A stretch of DNA of 64,000 nt from an uncultured Acidimicrobiaceae bacterium (lineage in GTDB: Bacteria > Actinomycetota > Acidimicrobiia > Acidimicrobiales > UBA8190). How positions within the stretch are numbered: position 1 is the stretch's first letter; each line of letters begins with the position of its first letter. Shown piece by piece: positions 58,951 through 64,000 of the stretch. The stretch spans positions 293,793-357,792 of the forward strand of contig CAWCAW010000004.1 in NCBI GenBank assembly GCA_963793645.1, given 5' to 3'. The notes under the pieces were generated by a model. It saw only the letters and a list, made by a program, of their open reading frames with translations. It was not told where the DNA came from and did no database searches. The position numbers and the translations under genes are program-made.

Positions 58951-59435
58951 CGACATTCCCCGCGTCCGGCATCCCGGGCGAGGACCAACCCCGGTCTGTC
59001 AGCTGGTGGACAAAGCGCGCCGTGATCGCCCACATCGCCCTGGTGATCTGGGTGCCGGGATGCGCGGTAGCGGCCTGGTGGCAGGTGGGGATCGCGCTCG
59101 GGGGCGACAGCCTGGGATGGGTCTACTCCGTCATGTGGCCGTGCTTCGCCGTGTTCGGCATCATCTTTTGGTGGTACCTGGTCCATGACGATCCCGACTC
59201 CCTCGGTGCCCGCGGCCTGCGCCGCGCCCAGGAGGCCGGTGGCGGCGGCCCGGTGGCGGGTTCGATAGCGGCGGTTACCAGCCCGTCTCACGATGCGAAG
59301 GGTGGCGCCCCCTCCCCGCTGACGAAGGGGGCCGATCCGCACGATGGCGAGGATTCCGGCGATGCGGAGCTGGCTGCGTACAACGCCTATCTGGCCTCGT
59401 TGGCCGAGCAGCCCAAGAGCTGGCGGCGCCCATGA
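58947..59435 (+). CDS. two-TM membrane protein with an acidic/Gly-rich tail
   Basis: ATGA overlap with the preceding gene. W-rich TM segments (...IALVIWVPGCAVAAWWQV...VMWPCFAVFGIIFWWYLV...). Confidence 0.6.
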   Translation: MTTFPASGIPGEDQPRSVSWWTKRAVIAHIALVIWVPGCAVAAWWQVGIALGGDSLGWVYSVMWPCFAVFGIIFWWYLVHDDPDSLGARGLRRAQEAGGGGPVAGSIAAVTSPSHDAKGGAPSPLTKGADPHDGEDSGDAELAAYNAYLASLAEQPKSWRRP

Positions 59436-59467
59436 CAGCCCATCCTCGCGCCCGATAGGTTCAGCCC

Positions 59468-60268
59468 GTGACCCAGCTCTACGGCACCTTCATCGGTCGC
59501 TGGTACGTCACCGCCCTCGGTGCCACGTTCCTGTGGCGGGCATCGCGCCACCTCGGCTGGCGTAAGACCATCGTGTACTCGGCCATTGCGCTCGGAGTTG
59601 GCATCGTGGCCGAGAACGGGTCCGTGCACTTCGGCTTTCCGTACACGACCTACGCCTTCAACGCCGCCCTGCGCAAGAAGGAGATCTTCGTGGGCGACGT
59701 ACCGCTCATGGTGCCGATGTCCTATACGTTTCTCGGCTACTTCGGCTTTGCGGCCGGACGGATGGTGGCCAGTGGCCCCCGGCACACTCGGGCACGGCGC
59801 CCCTGGCAGGAATTCCTTCTCGCTCTCATTTTGACCGTGTGGGCACTGTGGATCATCGACCCCGTGTCGCGCCTCGGTTCGCGATGGTTCCTCGGTGACG
59901 TCTTTCATTACCGAGGCCCGGGGTTCTGGTTCGGTCTGCCCCTGGCCAGCCAAGCCGGCTTCACCTTGACGGCAGGTGTACTGATATCGGTGCTCATGTG
60001 GCTCACCCGTCATGAGCCCGATCGGCCCGTGGCCCACTGGCGAGATCATCCCCACCTGGTGGCGTTGATCACGTACAACGTCGAGGTGGTGTGGTTGGCG
60101 GTGGTCGCCTTTGTGCTGGGCGCCGACGAGATCGGTGGTGCCGCCGTGCTCATCTGGATCCCCGCCCTGGCCCTGACCACTGTCATGTGGAGCAACATGA
60201 ACCTCATCGGCAACGCCCCTGCCCAAAGCGACATGGCCCACACAGCCAGATCGGGTGAATCCTCATGA
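59468..60268 (+). CDS. DUF422 / 'carotenoid biosynthesis protein' (CruF-like) membrane protein
   Basis: ...GVGIVAENGSVHFGFPYTTYAFN...FVGDVPLMVPMSYTFLGY... resembles the conserved E-x-G-x3-G-x-P-F-G-x-Y block of that family. About 7 TM. GTG start. Confidence 0.6.
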   Translation: MTQLYGTFIGRWYVTALGATFLWRASRHLGWRKTIVYSAIALGVGIVAENGSVHFGFPYTTYAFNAALRKKEIFVGDVPLMVPMSYTFLGYFGFAAGRMVASGPRHTRARRPWQEFLLALILTVWALWIIDPVSRLGSRWFLGDVFHYRGPGFWFGLPLASQAGFTLTAGVLISVLMWLTRHEPDRPVAHWRDHPHLVALITYNVEVVWLAVVAFVLGADEIGGAAVLIWIPALALTTVMWSNMNLIGNAPAQSDMAHTARSGESS

Positions 60269-61446
60269 GTGTCGACGCCACGCCGGCCATCGGCGATCCG
60301 GAGTTCTTCGCCGGCGACCCGTATCCGGTCCTCGCTGATCTCCGCCAACGCTGTCCCGTCGACTGGCGCCACGACGATGGGTATTGGGTGGTGACGAAGC
60401 ACGCTGACATCCAAGCCATGAGCCGCGATCCGCAACGGTTCTGCTCGAGTCAGGGCGTGTTGCTCGCTGATCGAGACCGGCAGGTAGCGTCGGATGAGTC
60501 GCTGCTCTACCTCGACCCCCCCGGGCATGCCAAGTACCGCCAGCTGGTCAGCCGGGCATTCACCCCGAGACGGGTGGCGGCTTTGGAGCCTCGCCTGCGA
60601 GAGCTCACCGTGGCGCTGTTGGATCGCATCGACCCCGAACATCCGGTCGACGTGGTGAAAGCGGTGACCGCTCCCCTGCCTCTGGCCGTGATCTCCGAGC
60701 TGCTTGGTCTACCCCCCGAAGACGCCGAGGACTTCCAGCGGTGGTCGGACGCCATCATGGAAGCAGCCACCTCCCTCAATGACGAAAACGCCGCGCTGGC
60801 ACTCGAGCTCTTCGTCTACCTCGAAGGACAGCTCGAAGCCCACCGCGCCGATCCCCGCGACGATTTGCTCGGGGCGCTCCTCGTCGCCGAAGTCGACGGT
60901 GAGCACCTTTCCCAGCAAGAGCTCCTGGGTTTCTGCATGACCCTTTTGGTGGCCGGCAACGAGACGACTCGTTCACTCATGTCAGGTGGCGTCGTCGCTC
61001 TGGCCGAGCACCCCGACCAACGGGCCCGCCTCGTGGCCTACCCCGAACTCATGGCCAGTGCCGTAGAAGAGATGTTGCGTTGGGTGACTCCGATCATGGC
61101 CATGGCGCGCACCACCACCGAGCCGGTGCAGATCGGCGCCACCGACGTCGGGTCGGGGGAATATGTCCTCATGGTGTACGGCGCCGGCAATCGTGACGAA
61201 GACGTCTTTGCTCCTGACGCCGATCGATTCGACGTGAGACGGGTGCCGAACCCTCATCTGTCGTTTGGATTCGGGGAGCACTTCTGCATCGGCGCCGGAC
61301 TGGCTCGACTCGAAGCCAGGGTCTTTTTCTCCGAGCTTCTGGCCCGCTGGCCCCACTACGAGCTGGCCGGCGACATCGACCGTCGCCCCTCGACGCTCTT
61401 TCGTCAGTTCGGCTCCGTCCCAGTCATCTTCGAGCCGCCTTCATAA
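60265..61446 (+). CDS. cytochrome P450
   Basis: ...AGNETT... (I-helix) ...EMLRW... (ExxR) ...FGFGEHFCIGAGLARLE (Cys heme ligand loop). The ATG overlaps the upstream stop (ATGA at 60265-60268). Confidence 0.95.
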   Translation: MSVDATPAIGDPEFFAGDPYPVLADLRQRCPVDWRHDDGYWVVTKHADIQAMSRDPQRFCSSQGVLLADRDRQVASDESLLYLDPPGHAKYRQLVSRAFTPRRVAALEPRLRELTVALLDRIDPEHPVDVVKAVTAPLPLAVISELLGLPPEDAEDFQRWSDAIMEAATSLNDENAALALELFVYLEGQLEAHRADPRDDLLGALLVAEVDGEHLSQQELLGFCMTLLVAGNETTRSLMSGGVVALAEHPDQRARLVAYPELMASAVEEMLRWVTPIMAMARTTTEPVQIGATDVGSGEYVLMVYGAGNRDEDVFAPDADRFDVRRVPNPHLSFGFGEHFCIGAGLARLEARVFFSELLARWPHYELAGDIDRRPSTLFRQFGSVPVIFEPPS

Positions 61447-61471
61447 CGAAAGCGGGGCCCCAGCAGAAGCG

Positions 61472-62368
61472 TCAGGGGGACGCCGACCGAGCCGCCCACC
61501 ATGGGGAGAGGTCGAGCCCCGGGTAACGGCGGCCCACCCCGGCCAGCGTCTCGTCGGTCCAAAAACGATGGCCGGGAGCCGGGAAGCCCAAGACGGCCAG
61601 CTGCCTGGGCGTGGCACCTTGGACAAAGGAGTGCCACTCGGGCGCGAAGCCCTTGAAGGGCCACGCTTGGTACCCGCCCCATTCCATGCCGGCGTCTTTG
61701 TACGACACGTGCAGCATGAAACGGGCCCGGCTGGGCTCGGTGAAATCGACGGAGCGGTGGTACACGTCGGGGCGGTACACGACGATCGAGCCCGCCGGCG
61801 CCGACGCGTCGGAAGGGTCGTCATAAAGCGCCCCGTAGTCGGCCACATTCAACGTGTGCTCCTCCACAGGCACAAGACTCGTGCGCCGGCGCGACACGAA
61901 TCGCGTGGCACCGTTGTCAGACCTGACGTCATTGAGGTAGATGAACGTCTCCATCTGGTGGTAGCCCGGTTCCGGGCGAGGCACGGTCAGCGTGTGGTTC
62001 GGATAGTCGACATGGAGCAGCTTGTTGTAATCCGAAGGCTGGCCCGCGTACTTAGCGCTGACGATGGCCAGGTACATCCGGACGTCGTGGGCTCCGAGCA
62101 AGGTCTGGGCCAGATCGATCATGACGTCGCTCACCACCAAAGCATTCAACGACCGGCTGCGAAACGGGAACTCCGGCCACAACGCGTCCCACGTCCGCCA
62201 CTTGTCGAGGGTGGCGTCCGCACCCGCCATCTCCTCGGCACTCGGAAACATCTTGGTGAGGGCGTTTTGAGCCGGAGCCAGGACATCTTCGGGAAAAGCC
62301 CGCTCGAGCACGAACCAGCCGTCTTCATCCCACGCGTCGCGCATGGAGGTGCTCAAGGCGTCGTTCAT
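61472..62368 (-). CDS. phytanoyl-CoA dioxygenase (PhyH) family Fe(II)/2-oxoglutarate oxygenase
   Basis: ...WFVLERAF...LHVDYP... (HxD) ...ATRFV...VYRPDVYHRS... (distal His). Start trimmed to ATG 62368. Confidence 0.8.
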   Translation of the reverse strand: MNDALSTSMRDAWDEDGWFVLERAFPEDVLAPAQNALTKMFPSAEEMAGADATLDKWRTWDALWPEFPFRSRSLNALVVSDVMIDLAQTLLGAHDVRMYLAIVSAKYAGQPSDYNKLLHVDYPNHTLTVPRPEPGYHQMETFIYLNDVRSDNGATRFVSRRRTSLVPVEEHTLNVADYGALYDDPSDASAPAGSIVVYRPDVYHRSVDFTEPSRARFMLHVSYKDAGMEWGGYQAWPFKGFAPEWHSFVQGATPRQLAVLGFPAPGHRFWTDETLAGVGRRYPGLDLSPWWAARSASP

Positions 62369-62382
62369 CGTTCGCCCATCGG

Positions 62383-63081
62383 TCAAAACAGCGGGGACCA
62401 GGTGCTCGTGCGCAGCAGCTTGCTTTCCCACTGGTCGCGATACGCCAATGCATCGTGCATGAACTGGCCCGGGGCCCGGTGCTCACGGGGTGTCTCGTTG
62501 GCCAGCAGGTGCACCAGCACCTCGTGATTGACGATCTTCTGCATCAAGATGGCTTCCTTGCGCCGGCCGGCTCCGAAGGCGACCTGGAACACCGCCTGGA
62601 TGTCGAGCAAGGACGAGCCGCGTTCCACCATGGGCCGGTAGTAGCCCGTCTCCCAAAACGAGACGTAGTCGTCGACGGCGACATGGGGCCATCCGGTGTC
62701 CTCCATGTACAACGACGGGGCGTGCTCGGCACCGTCGGCGGGCACAGAGGAAAACGCCACCTCCTGCAGCGGCGACCACGGCACGGGAACCAACATCTTG
62801 GCGCTGACGTCATGACGCATCTCGTCGCAGCGCCGCGCCCAGTCCCGCAGATCGCCGCGCAGGACTCGCTGCGAGAGGCGCTCCCAGGCGGCGCCGTCAG
62901 GCACGGCCGAGATGGTGACGATGTGGTACGCGGGTCCGCTGCCATGGGCGTGGTGACAGAACCACAGGAGCCGACCGTCGTCGCCGCCGGCCAGGACGGG
63001 CATGAACTCGTCGCGATAGGCCGCCTCGAACTCGTCTTCATAGGCGCCACGCACATGATGGACCTCGTGCAAGAACAGCAT
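62383..63081 (-). CDS. hypothetical protein, possibly a NIPSNAP-like dimeric alpha+beta barrel duplication
   Basis: MLFLHEVHHVRGAYEDEFEAAYRDEFMPVL...LWFCHHAHGSG... and a second similar half. The upstream 82 codons of the track ORF look non-coding. Confidence 0.5.
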   Translation of the reverse strand: MLFLHEVHHVRGAYEDEFEAAYRDEFMPVLAGGDDGRLLWFCHHAHGSGPAYHIVTISAVPDGAAWERLSQRVLRGDLRDWARRCDEMRHDVSAKMLVPVPWSPLQEVAFSSVPADGAEHAPSLYMEDTGWPHVAVDDYVSFWETGYYRPMVERGSSLLDIQAVFQVAFGAGRRKEAILMQKIVNHEVLVHLLANETPREHRAPGQFMHDALAYRDQWESKLLRTSTWSPLF

Positions 63082-63133
63082 CAGTCGCCTTTCGTCGCCC
63101 GTTGACTCGAGCAGCACGAAGATAGCCCTCCGC

Positions 63134-63994
63134 TCAGCCGGTGGGCATGGGAAAGATGAGTTCCTCCTGCTGGGCGGCCTCAATGGCGTCGCGTTCGTGT
63201 TGCGCGTCTTGCCCTGGCAGCTCGTTGGCGGCGGCCAAGACAGTGGAAAGCAAAACACGATCGCCCGGTGTGCACAGCGCATGGACCCCGGGCTGAGCCA
63301 GTGCGAAACACACGCAGCGCTCCACATCGGCCGGCGAGGTATAGGGCTCGTACCAGGTGCCCGACGTGTGGACCCGCTCTCCCCAGGGCCGGGCCGCCAG
63401 CGCCTTTATGGCCATGACGCCGACATCGCGCATGGCGGCCTCGGCCAACAAGGCCTGGGCATTGCGTCGGTACGTGTCATGGGCCCACAGTCGGGCGTTA
63501 ACGGGGAACATGACGGTGTCGAGGTCATAGCGCCGCAACGCCTCTAGGTGGGCAACGGGGGCGTCCATGTCGTGCCCGGTGATACCCACCCACCGACACA
63601 GTCCTTCGTCCCGAGCGGCCATGATGGCGTCGAGCGCCTCGGACCTGGCCTCGAGCTCGGCCACACTCGTCACCGCGTGCAGCTGGTAGAGGTCGAAGTA
63701 CTCGCAACCAAGCAGACGAAGAGACTCCTCAAGCTGGGCCCTCACTCCAACGGCGGAATGACGCAATGTCTTGCACGCCACGAAAAGCTGGTCGCGCACC
63801 GGAGCCACGCACGGCCCGAGTAGCTCTTGAGCCCGCCCGTACTGGGGCGCCACATCGAGGTGATTGACGCCGGCGTCCAGGGCGGCGCCAAAGGCCACAT
63901 CGGCGGACTGGGCATCACCATCCCAAAACGCGGCCCCACCGAGCACGGCCACCGACGATTGGTGATTGGTGCGTCCCAAACGCCGGGTCTGCAC
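63134..63994 (-). CDS. aldo/keto reductase
   Basis: MQTRRLGRTNHQSSVAVLGGAAF...GVNHLDVAPQYGRAQELLG...CKT...YQLHAV... Confidence 0.9.
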   Translation of the reverse strand: MQTRRLGRTNHQSSVAVLGGAAFWDGDAQSADVAFGAALDAGVNHLDVAPQYGRAQELLGPCVAPVRDQLFVACKTLRHSAVGVRAQLEESLRLLGCEYFDLYQLHAVTSVAELEARSEALDAIMAARDEGLCRWVGITGHDMDAPVAHLEALRRYDLDTVMFPVNARLWAHDTYRRNAQALLAEAAMRDVGVMAIKALAARPWGERVHTSGTWYEPYTSPADVERCVCFALAQPGVHALCTPGDRVLLSTVLAAANELPGQDAQHERDAIEAAQQEELIFPMPTG

Positions 63995-64000
63995 AGCGGC

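Overview
This is a high-GC chromosomal segment, roughly two-thirds G+C by eye. Its gene content points to Actinomycetota: a mycothiol-type DinB/MDMPI protein, DUF3817, TAT and lipobox signals, and frequent GTG/TTG starts. I support about 60 protein-coding genes and saw no rRNA, tRNA, CRISPR array, integrase, transposase or phage gene.

Gene content, in order:
- A gamma-glutamyltransferase cut by the window edge. It is missing from the ORF track because it has no stop codon inside the window.
- An NfeD-SPFH pair.
- Two DHA2 MFS efflux pumps, each with its own regulator (TetR, MarR).
- An oxidative pentose-phosphate cluster: zwf, rpiA, pgl, gnd, pgi.
- An island rich in amide-bond hydrolases (ALDH, SDRs, two M24 homologues, amidohydrolases).
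- A FIST plus GAF-GAF-GGDEF-EAL c-di-GMP pair.
- A secreted operon: TAT rhamnosidase, lipoprotein, G1 (eqolisin-like) peptidase.
- A GNAT plus PaaK-like ligase pair.
- A cNMP-binding / VOC / DUF1003-like trio.
- An ABC-2 exporter.
- A CruF/DUF422-like protein coupled to a P450, facing PhyH, a NIPSNAP-like protein and an aldo-keto reductase.

I did not recognise a clear-cut new defence or mobile system. The observations most worth a second look are:
1. Two intergenic tandem-repeat arrays share a CGCGTCA core in inverted orientation and exactly bracket a two-gene cassette next to zwf.
2. A GTGA-coupled pair of M24 homologues, one of which has lost four of five metal ligands.
3. Five interrupted reading frames (GAD, rpiA, ALDH, rhamnosidase, one membrane protein). 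These indicate either base-level assembly errors or gene decay.
4. A bacterial eqolisin homologue in a secreted operon.
5. A translationally coupled DUF422-P450 pair.

All family assignments come from motif recognition by eye, not from searches. Many long ORFs in the track are antisense shadows typical of high-GC DNA and were not called.
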